Assembly (NCBI GenBank): GCA_028023455.1
Contig: JAQFVV010000005.1
Location: 19,220,001 to 19,284,000 of the forward strand
Reading direction: 5' to 3'
Length of the DNA stretch: 64,000 nt
From: Epiperipatus broadwayi
Lineage: Eukaryota > Animalia > Onychophora
The position numbers were made by a program, and so were the translations under genes. Below, in pieces: positions 10,875 to 24,846 of the stretch. The number at the start of each line of letters is the position of its first letter. The first letter of the stretch is position 1. The notes beneath the pieces were generated by a model. The model was not told where the DNA came from, did no database searches, and saw only the letters and a program-made list of their open reading frames with translations.

Positions 10875-12129
10875 TGTTAGCCATAGGTATCTAAAATAAA
10901 AAGGTATCTAAATAAATTCTGTTTGCTTAATGGCACATAACATATCTATCCCATCAAACCTCACTGGAAAATTCTCATTATTCTTAGGCACACCAAACTG
11001 TTCAACATTAAACTAATGTCTTACTTATTTAAAAAAAAATGAATAAATTTCTCTGACATAAATTTACAAGATCGATCAGTTCTTAGTATCAATACTAAAA
11101 TTGCTAATGCCATAGTCAAATATCTGATTACGATATTCAATATATCAATGATCAAAATTAACAAGTAAGCTAGTAACTATTTATGGCTACTGAATATCAA
11201 ACTTCTATCATAAAATTCTGTTATAACTTTGGAGACTCAATGGCTTGAGCTTATGGAAAGTTAGTTTCTTTACACAATTTTTAGGAAAACGGGCTTCTTC
11301 AAAATCTGTGATCTAATTTTCAAATAACATTTCCGAATGTTCTAAAAACTCAATCAATTTGATTAAAATCTCTTTCCCCTTTAAATTGAGAATTACTTAG
11401 ACATTACAGATTAAATGAATGTCAAAATTTTAAAAGGGCTGATTTATTAAGATGACACTGCAGTCACCTTTCCTTCCATTAATATATGGTGTGGAATCAA
11501 TGGACCTAAGGTACATTAAATTTTTGAATGTTATACAACAATCATTTGAATGGCACAAGCATTAAATTTATCTAGGGTGCATTTGTGACTACTTTTTTGC
11601 AGAATTATTCCACAAAATGTAAATTATGCAGGCTAGAAGATTTTCAACTAATATTAACCCATTGAGGGATCAAAGTCATTATTAGTTTAATCAAATTTAT
11701 TTGATTCATGGCCTAACTTCATAATACTCAGGCAACCTAGATCTTTACAATCTTTTGAAATGTAGTTTAAGGCTATTGTCATCTCTTCTAGCTTTATATC
11801 CAGTTCAACTCCATTTCAGCCTCCTAATTCTCTTAAAGATGTCAATTGCTACCTGTTTGTTCTATCACAAATGTACTTTGTTTTTGAAGTTATTGTATTG
11901 ACTAGAATCATTAAACAAGCACTGGTAAAACACATCTATTAAAATCTTTCTGTTTAAGGTCTTGTGTGTGTGTGTGTGTATATGAAAAACAAAAAAACAC
12001 AAGTTAAAAAATTTGCTAACGCTTGTATTTATGATAACAGATGGCGTTCTACTAAAAACACCGTCAAGCATAGTTTTCTGTTTACATAAACGTCAGAGCG
12101 AGCATTCACTATCTCTAACTTTAATTCCA

Positions 12130-12173
12130 CTTTCAGATCATGATTTCAAGCTATTTGCTATCGTCAGTGAAAG
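12130..12173 (-). ncRNA. Minimal type I hammerhead ribozyme, subfamily B (sense to LRRC47)
   Basis: CTTTCA CTGACGA TAGC-AAATA-GCTT GAA ATCATGAT C TGAAAG. Predicted AUC cleavage between 12136 and 12135. Confidence 0.85.
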
Positions 12174-12537
12174 ACAGGAATAAGAAACTAGATCTAAACA
12201 CAAACTCTGAGCATTTATGAAACAGTTTCTATTCAGCTTGCAAGCATGAATCTTTTAGACACGTTAATGTCTTCAAACTCAGCATAGCAAGCCAGATAGC
12301 TACATGGGTCTGATCTCAGTTCAGCATCACCACATAGTAGAAGCCTCTGCAATATACATCATTGCAAGAAAGACCTCAAAGGTACATTTATGAAAAACAA
12401 AAAAACACAAGTTAAAAAACTTGCTAACGCTTGTATTTATGATAACAGATGGCGTTCTACCAAAAACACCGTCAAGCGTAGTTTTCTATTTACATAAACG
12501 TCAGAACGAGCATTCACTATCGCTAACTTTAATTCCA

Positions 12538-12581
12538 CTTTCACTGACGATAGCAAATAGCTTGAAATCATGATCTGAAAG
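12538..12581 (+). ncRNA. Minimal type I hammerhead ribozyme, subfamily B, with helix I extended to ~106 bp
   Basis: Same core as 12130-12173 on the opposite strand; predicted cleavage after 12575. Confidence 0.85.
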
Positions 12582-15500
12582 TGGAATTAAAGTTAGAGAT
12601 AGTGAATGCTCGCTCTGACGTTTAAGTAAACAGAAAACTACGCTTGACGGTGTTTTTGGTAGAACGCCATCTGTTATCATATATATCAAGTAATTTCTTC
12701 CAAAAGCACTCCATTCAATTCTAATATTAATTTCAGGCTTACATTTATATTAATAATCTATCCAATGCAGCTATAGTTGTTAATTTTTAATCCATTACTA
12801 TCAGTTTTTATTTTCTCCTCTTTTTGAAAAAGCCACCAAACATTATTTACATATTTTTAACATTAGACTTCAGTGATTTTATCTAATGTAGTTTGAAATA
12901 TTTCTGAATCTCTGAATACATCCATCATCTGCAAAATGTAGATGACCTAGGTAATATTCATTCATTTTTATTTCCTTATCTTCCCATTCTAATTCACAAA
13001 ATATTTTCCAATAAATTGCTGTAAAAAAATTTTTGAAGAGATGAAATTATCCTATCGGACATACCTATCAATATTATTTTTCTTAGTGTCACCATATTGT
13101 GCAAAAATGCTTTATGGAAGTGATTATTTTTTCATAATCTGCAAATCCAATGTAAAATAGCAAATCAAACTTTATTGATTCTTTCCATACTACTGTATGG
13201 AGAGTTTGCTGCCGTTTTAATTCCTCCAAATACCATAACCATTTTCAAATCTAGCTTGTTTTTCTTAAAGTTCTCTGTAAATGAATTGTAATAATAAAAC
13301 TCTTATATAGAACTGTTAGGTCTACAATTTCTTCAATATTATTACTGTGTTATTTCAATCATCAAATACATCTTTATCATTTAGATATTTGATATATAAT
13401 ATTGCCATTAATTAAAATGTTTGGAATTTTAACAGACATTACTATAATTCTAGATACTACTTTGTTTTCCTCACCTACTTCTTTTAAACTAATTAGGATA
13501 AAATACACTATTTCCTGGACTTTTTCATTTTTTGTAGATGTAATTGCATATTTCATCTCTTTATCTAAAATATTTGAAATTTTAAAAAAAATTTTTTTTT
13601 TTTATTACTATATATTAACCAACACGTTCTCTGGGTGGACATACTTATGATTCGCAGTGATTTGCGTAGTTGTCACAAAACTCATTTCTAGAGTAGTTTT
13701 TTTCCTCTCTCCTTTTTTTGTTGGAGTTGGAATAGCCGTACTCATTTATGAGTAGCTGTTTATTATTATTTTAATATTATTAATAATAATTATCATCTAT
13801 TTAGTGTGTGAAATAATTTTCTTTCCAATACCAAGATTTTTATTGTCTTCTATAGCTTTTCTTGATTTCACAATTATATTAATTTATATTTTCATTAATT
13901 CTTTTTAGTACAATTGTGCAGAATTCCAGATATCACAGTTCTTCTAAATGGATCATTTTAAAATATTTTCATTTCTTTTTTCTTCCTTCATATATTATTT
14001 TACTGTGGATAAAATTCATTGACAAAATGCTGCATTTTGTGGTGATCATGTATGTAGCTGATTTCAGTGAAGTATCTGAAAGTTTTAATAATATGAATGT
14101 CTTTGTAATTCTCAATTTAAATTATGCTCTTTTTTCCAACAAATAAGCAAAGAACTGCCTAATTCTAAAAATATTATTGCATTTAGCAAAAAGTAAGACA
14201 TTTTTCAAGGCCAAAATTGTAAATTATATCTTATCTTTTAACAACTTTTCATGTCAATGAAAACCTAAAAAATATAAATATCTTTTTCTAAAACTGATAT
14301 AACATAACTCCAGAAGGATTTCCTCTTATTAGCAATTATTTGATTCTTTTGGATGACCTTTTGAAAGATTCTTAACTTTCTGGGCTCAAACTCAAGGGTA
14401 ATATCAAATCAAGTCACAGAGTTCAGTTAATTTTCTTAACTTATCAAAAAGGGGTATCAATTTCATTGGGATTATAAGTCTGACTTATAAAACAACAGTC
14501 ATTCTGTTTCTTATTGAAAGGGAGATCAAAACTAAGCATCATGTCATCGAAGCATTAATATTTTAAGTTTAATATCTGCGTTGATAGTAGTATTTTTTTT
14601 TTTTTTTGATACTTTCTTAAAAGAAGACTGATTAATCAAAATGTGATTGCAGAAATCTGGTGTATGCTATCTACTATACATTTGCTTACTCAGTGCTTAT
14701 ATATTTCATTTAATATAAACTACTATGATATTGTTTTATCCTCAAGCTACAATTAGCTAGATATTCATTTACCAACCAATGTTGGATAATTAGATAGGTT
14801 TGCTATCGACTAGCTACCTGAGAGAAAAAAGGTAAAGTATACTTCTGATGATTGGAGACTGGACTACCAAACTTGAAATTCTGAAAGGACAAATGTTATT
14901 AGATAACATGGAGTCTGAAATAGAAAAAATAGAACAGATAGTTAGATTTTGTAAATTCTATTTTTATTGCCCATATATTTTTCATAGGTGCCACCAGATG
15001 GAGTTCAGAAAAATGAATTAAATTACAATCTTTTGCTGAAGAAAATGGCCTAGAGTGAAAGTAAAATAAATAATGAATTGCATGCAATAAAAAAAAAAGA
15101 AGACAACCTTAGATATAGGCTACTAAATATAATTGTTGCATTTAGGATTGGTAACAGAAATAGTTTAAAGTTTGGAGTGTAATTGATGGAAAATCAGAAT
15201 TAAAGATGGACCTGAAAAAAGTAAATATAGATGAATTTAAGAAAAATTTGACGGTAATGAAAGAAGCAACAACAAAATGGATGCTATAAATATAGTGAAA
15301 ATTCCAAAGAATAGAAACAAAAGTTTAAAAAGTACAAAATGTTTTTTTTTTTTGATAGAAGTAAAAGAAAAAACAATATTTTAAGAACATTCTCAAAAAA
15401 ATGTGATTTAATAAATTAACAAAAAAAAATAGCAATATAATTAATGTACAGTAAATCATCAAAATATTAATTTTCCAAATAATGGATTATTTAGGATAAC

Positions 15501-16662
15501 AGCACCTTCATATTAGTTGTTTGTTGAAAAACACCATCGCACAATCTTTGGCAGTGAATAATGTAAGCAGATATAGACACAATAGCATAAATAACCAACC
15601 AAAATTGCAGATTTTACAGTGCACTTTAAAAATAACATTTATTATAATCTTTCTAACAGTTTGTAAATTTTCAGACTAACATCTCATTATTTCAAGATCA
15701 ACCTTTTTTCAATCAAATGAGCAAGATAGAAATGATATGATTTATATATATATATTATGATCGTGATGTATTTGATTTTACTGTTTGAACTTACTTGTAC
15801 TCAAATTTACACATATACAGAATTTATATTAACGCAATTCTGTACAAGTATCACACAATTGTGTAAATATACATCATATCTGAAGAACAATGTTAAAGTT
15901 AACTGAAACAATAAAATAAAATGAAATTCTATCCATTTGCAAATATATGCAAATACATGATAATATACAGATGTTTAAAAATAATTTTAAAAAAATACAT
16001 TTAAAATGTTTATTATTAAAAAATAATAAAAATAAAAGATTTGTGAATACTAACTCCTATACAATTTAGTAAACTGCGAGAGTAATAGATTTGGCAGCTA
16101 AAAATTCTTGAATCCTTTCTAGTGAGAGGAAAAAAAATTTAGTTAACTGAATAGAACTATTATAATTATTCTGTCATTTTTTTGTTCAAACATCACTTGA
16201 CCTCTCTAGAAAAACTGATCAAATAATAAATGATAATAATATATATGAAGAAATTTCTTGAATAAAAGTGTAACAATTATTATGTCAATAAAAAAAATAT
16301 TGTAACTATTGTTTTCATAAATATATCATATTTATCTTGTGTGTGTGTGTGTGTATGTGTGTATATACACATATATTTCCAAATTTCTAAGCCATCAGAT
16401 TCATTTATGACATGTTTATGTATCTATATATTAAGCCTTATTATTCCTGCTCTAAATATATTACAAAATAAAACATTGCAGATAAGTCAAACATTTGAAA
16501 TAACTAATTTTGATTCCAGATGGTGCAACTATTCAGAAAACTATTATAAAAACAAATTTTAGTCAGATAATTTAAGATATCAGGAGGATAAATGTATATA
16601 GTTAATGCTACTTTTAGAATTTTGTAAATTATTCAAAAAATAATAATAAATCTTGTAATTAC

Positions 16663-16880
16663 CTGCAGTGAAATGAACTTTTTAAACTTTTCTTCTTGCT
16701 CCAAACTGATATTCCGTAATATGCAACAAACAATAAATGGCCGTACTTCTTTCACAGCAGGCGTAACTACAATCCGTAAACCTTCATTGGGAAAACGAAT
16801 TGATTTAATGATATTTTTAACAGTATAAGCTGATGTTTCTCCACTTCCAGCTCCCTTTTTCCCATGTTTACCTTTCTTAG
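16663..16880 (-). CDS. LRRC47: LRRC47-like, coding exon 2 (linker and start of B3/B4 domain)
   Basis: ttttag|CT AAG AAA...TCA CTG CAG|gtaatt = (A)KKGKHGKKG...VKEVRPFIVCCILRNISLEQEEKFKKFISLQ. 218 nt, phase 1/0, matching exons 1 and 3. Confidence 0.92.
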
Positions 16881-17049
16881 CTAAAATAAACAAACATAAT
16901 TATTAAAAAAACTTTTATGAAATATATATATGCAATTAATAAACACTTCCTTTTATTTATGCAGAATATTTGTGAAAATTCTGATTTAGCACTTTATGTT
17001 ATAAATTTCTTTATATTTAGTAAAAGATTCATACAGCAATAGAACATCC

Positions 17050-17170
17050 ATCTATCCTACTTGTGATTTGAATTCGAATCCTGGGTGCTCTTTCAGATAG
17101 CTAGCTCATAGTTAACCCAGCTAAACATTCAATATTAGTCAGTAAATGGGTGTCTAGAAAATTCTAACTA
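17050..17170 (+). mobile_element. Possible tRNA-derived SINE relic
   Basis: B-box-like TTCGAATCC followed by AACCCAGCT...GTAAATGGGT; short and degenerate. Confidence 0.25.
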
Positions 17171-19499
17171 GCAAGTAACAAGAATGAAAATCACTCAAAT
17201 CCATAGCATCTGGTGATTAACAAGCTTGGAAAGTAATGCCTTCTCACATGATGGGCTGTAGGAGAAACAGCAATTTAAATGCACATACTATATACGCATA
17301 TTATACATTTTCTAATTCAACAATTAGAGAAATGAAACAATAATGGTCAATAAAACTTTCAAAAAAGTATCAAAAAAAATTAAATAAATAAAAAATTATT
17401 CATTGACAAAATCAAGAAATAGAAAAAAATTAATTGGATGAGTACAAAAAAAAAACAAATAAGTGTTATGAAAGATACAATAAAAAGACTGAGAAAAGTA
17501 AAAAATACATAAGTAAAAAAAAAAAACAACTAAAAGTCTTTATTAAATAACTCATTGCAGGTAAAAGACCTCTCCAACAGTCCCTCACAGAGAAATAATA
17601 AAAAAGAAGATACTCACCAGACTTGCCATTGTAAGATCGTGAAGTCTGAATGGTTTTCCATCCTTATTTTACCCTTTAATCAAAAATAGATAGATATCCA
17701 TTTGTCAATCGAGAAAAAAATTTTAAGACTCTTGAAAACTATTTCACTCAGACCAGATTCAGGCATGGAGACAGATAAGCCATCTCGCATCATGGTCTTC
17801 TCAAAAAAAGAACAAAGATATATAGTCTAAGAATAAAGATTATTTTTTATGCATGAGGTCGATGTACGTTTGATCATAATTTGCCACCTTTGCTTCTATT
17901 CTGAACAAGTAATTTTAAAATGAACATATTATTACATAAAGAAATTAATAGCACTTTAACAAAACAATGTATTAAGTTTTGTATGAAATAAATGTAGGTA
18001 AAACTAAAGTGTAAAAAAAAAAGATGACATCTTTGATAGTTTTAATTTAATATTTCAAAATTCTTAAAACATTTTATTCATATTGCATTGCTTATATTAA
18101 ATTTTAACAAAACCCACATTACACATTCCTTCTTAATATACTGTCTACAATGCTTTAATTTCTTATGACAGTATTGAATCCCTAGCAGTTTTCAGATCCC
18201 ACAACAAACCACTTCAAATTATTTGGAAAAAAAAATGTATTATGAGATTGGAAGAAGACTGCTAGGCACTCAAAACTGTCATAAGAAATTAAATAAAGCA
18301 TTGTAGAAAGCGCATTAAGAAATGTGTTTTTTTTAAAAAGATTTAGTTTAATATTTTTTTAAATGAAATGTTAGATGCATGCAATTGGGAGAAAAATATA
18401 CATTGCATCAGATTTTTTGATAATATAAAAGTATTACTCAATAGTGAAGATAAGTTTAATGGAATGTTCGATTCGCAGTAAAACTTGATTGTGGATTCAT
18501 CTTATGTTTATTCTCAATAATAAACTCATCCAAACTAGAGAACTCTTTAGATTGAATTCAGAATACAAAACAAAAAATCAATAAAACAAACAGACCAATA
18601 GGTTATTAAATCCGGATCACAGTAAGATAAGGGAAGTAGCTATAAAACTGAAGTCCATTTGAGAGAAAGTATTACCAAGTCAAATTCTCTGACAATAATA
18701 TATGTTGCCATTATTTGCAGAGAGCAGCCAGGCATGCACAAGTTCGGAGTAATAAGCTGCTGGCAGCAAATAATATCAAATTTTTCATGAGACAAGTCAA
18801 CATGGCTGAAAATATTAGATTTAAGAGAAGATGCATGACATTCTTCTAACTTGATAGTTGTTATTGGAACAATTATGCATCTGTAATTCCATCAAGCATA
18901 ATAATGGCAAACTCTTTTAACTATTACAATATATAATTACTATAAATAGAAACAATAAATTGTCATTATTTTAGAATAACTCAATTATTTATTAACTGGA
19001 AAATATTATTTTCTAGCAGCAAAACATATACATATACAGTATACAACAGAAAATAAATGAATCTAAAACTAAAGTAATCAAAATAAATGGGAGTGGGACA
19101 AAAAAATTAAAAATGATGGATAAAAAGTTAAAGAGATAATCAATATTTTTAAATCTTTAGAAGCTTTTTTATCTGAAAAAAAAAGAAAATAGTGATAAAA
19201 AAAATTAAGAACTACAATAGCTTATACAGGCTTTTAATTTGGCAGTTTTAAAATTATATTTAGTACAGAGGTTTAAATGTTTTATTAGATTGCAGCTTTA
19301 TACAGAGCTGAGATTAAAACAAAAAAAAAAATAAGATTTTAGAATGAGCAGCGCTCCTACTCTAGTGCCATCTACTGTCAATTTTAAACATTGATGACTA
19401 TCAGATCTTTAATGCATTTTGAATGTCCCTATTCCTGGACCAATTTCTGGCCTTTGTCTTTATCAATAAGGTTTTGGGGGATTAGATGAAAATAAAAAT

Positions 19500-19860
19500 A
19501 GTAAATTGTTACAAACATCACCATTACTTTCGATCTTTAACAGACTTCCACAAGATCATAGCCTCATTATGTTTACTTCAATTTTTCATACCGACTTCTT
19601 TACTCTATCTATCTCACATGTAGTAATCTTTCTATTTTTTCAACTGCTCATCTATTATCATTTTTCTAGCAATATGTCTAGTCAGCTCCATTTCAATCTC
19701 AATTCTTTCAATGACTTCAATAATACCTGTTTGTTCTCTCACATATATTCACTTCTGATACTTCCTATCAATATACATCTTTCCATACTTTGCTGGATAG
19801 TCTGAAATCTCTGGATTGATCTTTTATCAGGTGTTCAATTCTTATATACACAAATAAGTA
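19500..19860 (-). mobile_element. RTE-clade LINE 3' RT fragment
   Basis: Frameshifted minus-strand translation gives QRFQTIQQSMERCIL...EQTGIIEVIERI..LKWS*.RHIARK. Confidence 0.55.
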
Positions 19861-22219
19861 CAAGTTAAACACAATGAATAAAAACCTTTTTATGCATATT
19901 TCTTTTTAATATTGTCATTTCTATCGAAAGAATTTAAACTATGATTTATTCTATGATTAATTTCATTCACTATATTTCCATCCCCATTAATAACCTGATC
20001 AAGATGTTTGTAACTGTAAGATTCTAATTATTATCAGTATCTGATCCCTAATGACTTTGTAATTTAAAAACATCACCACAACTGCCAAAAGTAGCTACAA
20101 CAGAAAAACTGTTTCAGTACAAGAGCAGAACATCAAAAAAATCAACATTCAAATCCATTCAGATTCCAGAAAGATATAAATCAAATAAACCATACTGATA
20201 TCCATAACAAGTAATTTCTAAAAGACCAAATGATTTAACCATCTCATCAAACCAATTATCATGAAGAATTTCTCAGAGAGCATTTCATTAGAACAAAGTC
20301 AAAAAAAAAACATCTACAGCCAGTAATTTGGGTGATCAATATGTTATGGCATTTGAATGTTCTTCGTTTTTGTTCACGTAAAACCCCTCATAATCACTAT
20401 CCAATTGGGCATCTGGAATTCCAGTAACAGAAATTAATCCTTTATCTTGGTTACTTTTATCAAATCTGATATGTAGTCAAATTACATAATTAAATAATTT
20501 GTAACAATTATTGTTGTTTTTTTTAATTATCATATACTCCATTCCTACACTGATCCTTACATTGTCCTCCTATACATGTTTATCCCTTGTGTAGTTTTAA
20601 TTATCAATATCAGATCTGGATTTGCTGAGCTAATAAAATAAAAACTGAGAATATGAATATAAATTCCTAAGCATAAATATAAGAATATTAATAATTTTAT
20701 TTTCAAGATAAATATAAATTCAAAATAATTGAATGTTACAATTACACATTAAATTAATCCATAAAATATATAAATATGAGTAACTCCCCCCCCCCCATGT
20801 TAACACAACAAATTTAATAGGTTATGACTAAAGTTGCTAGAAATATATTATTTTTAATTCCTCAATGATTCCAAGACTGAATACATAAATTAAAATTATT
20901 TTAGAGTATTAACATTAATTTATTTAAACAATAGATTAATTTATGATTATTATCCTAAACGCACTTCAACTTTTTATAAATTAATCGCCACATATAAATA
21001 TCTGTGGGGTAAGACAAAACTTATCAAGTAAAACAAAACTCAACATTGGAATCTGAATTTAGTATAATTTCTAGATTCGTAATCTCATATAAATAAGCAC
21101 AGACAATCGAGGTGCCTTAAGATAAGCCAACAATATTTAATAATTAAATTTTCTACTTCATGAAGGAAATAGAAATGATTTATTAATGTTGAAATACCAT
21201 TTTTATTTAACTTTTAAGTATTGATGGACAAACAAGGAGCAATTATAGCTTTAACTCTTGCTGCTCCTTATTATATTAATTACATTGAACACCCATTTAA
21301 ATTGGAATACTGATTATAATAAACATAGATTTTCGTTACATGATTACTTCTAAGGTTGTTCATATATCTACAGATTCGATTGTATGATTGGTTAATATGC
21401 TAATCCATGGCTGTCATTTAGCTTAAATTTTGTAAAGACAGGATTGGGCAAGCTCATGTGACTGGCAAATTATTTGCTGAATCACAGCTCTTCCGGCCTA
21501 GATAGGGGATTAATTAACACACTAAGAACTTCAAACTATTTGATTATCCTGGACCACAAAATGATATGTAATATACACATACCTTAAAAAAAAATTTCCA
21601 CAACCATTACATATAAATATAAACAACTAAAGAAATCCATATTTATTCAAACCCAAAAACATATTGGATCTTTTTTTTACATGTACTTTAAGTTAGAATT
21701 TTCATAATTTCAAATTACTTTATGCAAATATATTATATACTGCCATTAAGGATAGTAGAATACAACAAACATGAGAAAAATGTAATTACTATTATAAAAT
21801 AAAATTTAAACTTTAAACATTTTTAAAATTATTAATTTTATATTTATTTATAAATTGCAAATTTTGATAGATAAATCTTAAAATTAAACTTTAAACAATA
21901 GCTTTATTATATATCCCATAAAATTATAATTAAAATAATGTATACAAAGTTTTGGCTCTGGTATTTCATGCCATCACTAATCTAAAAATAAAAAAACATT
22001 CTCTAACTTCTATTGCTAAAAAAAAATTATTATATATGTAAGATCTATTGCTTTCTCCAATAAAGTCAATATATATATATGTGTGTGTAGATAAATTATT
22101 GCATGTCCCTAAAAATAAACATTGATAAATTACAATTATTAAGAATAAACATACATAATACACATATTTATGTATATATTGAAATGGTTGTTATCCATTT
22201 AACCAGCTATATAATATTA

Positions 22220-24846
22220 CACATAATATTAATTTCATTTATGTTCTTTTTACTTTTTACAATGCTTTTTACAACCCACTATTGATGATATTGATTGCCC
22301 CAACAATCTTCTTCAGAACTATAACACAGTACAAATACATGAATACAAATATACATGAACATATAAAAATATGTTAAAAAATATTATAGATTAAAGAAAA
22401 TTATACGTATTGTAACTGTATATATATGCCATTACATCACTTTCCAATAAAAGTAGAAAAGATCTATAAATAAAATCATCCTCAAATAGAAATATATAAA
22501 AATTAATAATTTTTATAAATTAATATATATAATACACAGATGGCAAACTAATTGTATAATTATTTAAAGTTAAAAATCTAAAAACAAGATTGATTTTAAT
22601 ATAAAAGAATTTTTAAAAAAGCTGCTAATTAGTTAAAGTTAAAGTTATTTTTAATCTTGGAATGGAAATGATTTTCTATAATGATATAATGGGAAACAGA
22701 CTCTTGGGCATAAAGTCAGATAAGAGATCAATTAAAAAATACTAGTGATTAAATTTTGAGTTCCCGCTCTAAGGAAAGCTGGCCAATAACGAAGGAAATG
22801 AACACACGGACCACAGAGAAAAGTTAGCATTGCCAATAAAAACAGCACCAAACCAGGCAAGATTGATTCTGGAATTTGATAATAAAGAATTCAAAATGAT
22901 ATAAAAGAGAAGAAAATAAAACTTTTTGCTAAATGGAATTTTGATTTGGATTGCTCTTGCTGATTGCATGTTATTGAAAGATTTTATACACATATTGCAG
23001 ATCTCAAATGTAGGGGTCATGCAATAAATAACATTTCCCATATTTGCACCAGCTAAGGCGGCCTCCAGAGTGATGGTTCCCAGAAACCGGTCAGCAACAA
23101 ATTCATCTCCACCTAGAACAATATCAATTTGGGATGGAAGGAACTGTGAACATAGTTGTGTGATGTATTAAGGATCGCAAAGGCAGACTTCAATAAACCT
23201 ACAGCATTGGAAAGTATGAACTTTTGCTTTAAATGAACTATGAACTTTAATTATATAATAAAAACTTTTCAAGTAGTAATTTTAAATGTCACTTAATTTT
23301 TAAAAAAAAAATCTCTTATTTGACTAAAATTTTAAATTATTTATTATATTTTTTATATATGTGTTTAATATCATTTCCATTCTCATAAATTTCTATTAAA
23401 TCAATAATTTAAAATAGGTGTAAATGGCTGCACAGATTCGTAAGATTATGTTAGTTTAAATTTGTTAATTTTGGGCCAATTGTTTCATAGTTGAATCAGT
23501 GCTGGTAAAGAGATGTACAGATATTTTATATCAATGTGATCTGGGTAGGCCACCTTGGAAACTCATGCCCTTGTGGCGCATTAGCTTACAGGGCACAATA
23601 CCCATCTAAATGCACAGTCCAAAATGGTAGCCATTGTGTTGCCAATAGTTGTAGACGTACTTCCTACACCATTGATTTTCTTATGTTCTGATTGGGACCG
23701 GCAAAGACCGCTAATCCCCATTTATAGAGCATCTCATATATACATTTCAAAAGATTTCATTTTTGTATCACCAATTGAGCAGTGTATCATTTCTGTCTGT
23801 TAGTAAACTTTATTAATGATCATGGGGAAGATGCTCATTCCTCACCACCATAATTCGTTATTTTCTAATGATATGCTACGACAGATGTAAATTCCTGTCA
23901 GCATGATTGTTATGCTAACAATCTCATTTTGCATTGGTCACATCAGTGTACCAGTAAGCAGCATTGGTTTAAATGCAAGATTTTAGCGTAAGGTTAAAAG
24001 TTATTGGGTTAGTTCTATGCATATTCTATGTAGAGTATTTACGCTTAGTAAAACATTAAAATTGTATCAAATATATTAAATGCATCCATCTGTGCATATA
24101 CATAAATTAAATATATTTAATTGTCAATTATGTTTTCAGAAATTTTTCTTTTTAATGTGTGTGTGCATTATAATAAAACTGTTTTAATTAATTTTTGGCA
24201 GTAATTTACTTATATGTATTTTTATTAACAACATTTTAAAAATCAAGAATTAAAAATTTTAAAATATACAGTGATATTTTAACCTCAGCTTTTCCCTAAG
24301 CTAGTAACTGGGGCTTTCGGTTAGATCAAAGTTGAACCTCACCTGTATGCATCTGCCGCCTTTATAAATTTTCGAGGTTCAAACAGCCTAGTGGTGTCCT
24401 GGCATGGCAGATAGGTTTGGGACATTCCGTTGAGTGTTATAATTGGCACCCAATGTAAGGTGGTACACTTTAACCACGAGTACCCTGAAAATTTTAAAAT
24501 TATGCCGGTAACAAAAAAAAAAAAATTTTTTTAAGTAAATAATTTTTATTTATATTAAAGTTATAGATTATAATGTAGATGTAAAAGTACTGCCAGAAAG
24601 TAAATTGCACATATATGGGTACACGTGGGAAAGGAAACTTTTAAAATATAATATAAAGTAATTTTAAAAAGTCTAATTAATGAAGAAAAAAGAAGTAAAT
24701 TGGGAACTGTTTAATGGAATGTAGTTGCTCAGCTGATGTAAAAAGGTGGGAGAATAGACTTAAAAAAAATATATTTTTGTGTAATTACTAAAAAAAAAAA
24801 AAATCGGTAAAAGCCTGAAATCCGGGCAAAGCCGCTTGGAGCGTTG
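22220..24846. repeat. Left arm of long inverted repeat (includes ~400 bp, ~24390-24790, absent from the right arm)
   Basis: Colinear reverse complement of 26463-28706 throughout (e.g. CCAGCTAAGGCGGCCTCCAGAG vs CTCTGGAGGTCGCCTTAGCTGG); roughly 85-90% identity by eye. Confidence 0.9.

Larger units (their letters stand above)
11981..12681. mobile_element. Hammerhead-bearing repeat, subfamily B: 408 bp unit, partial tandem copy and inverted tail
   Basis: TATGAAAAAC recurs at 11981 and 12389 (period 408). 12438-12543 and 12576-12681 form a 106 bp near-perfect inverted repeat around a ribozyme core. Confidence 0.85.
11700..13780 (-). mobile_element. Decayed RTE-clade LINE (APE-RT relic), interrupted by the subfamily-B insertion
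   Basis: Minus-strand remnants: EYGYSNSNKKGER (APE-like, ~13740), YLGHLHFADD (RT motif, ~12930-12955), DIFKRIRRLKWS*TGYKARRDDN (RTE C-terminus, ~11780-11850). Confidence 0.7.
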
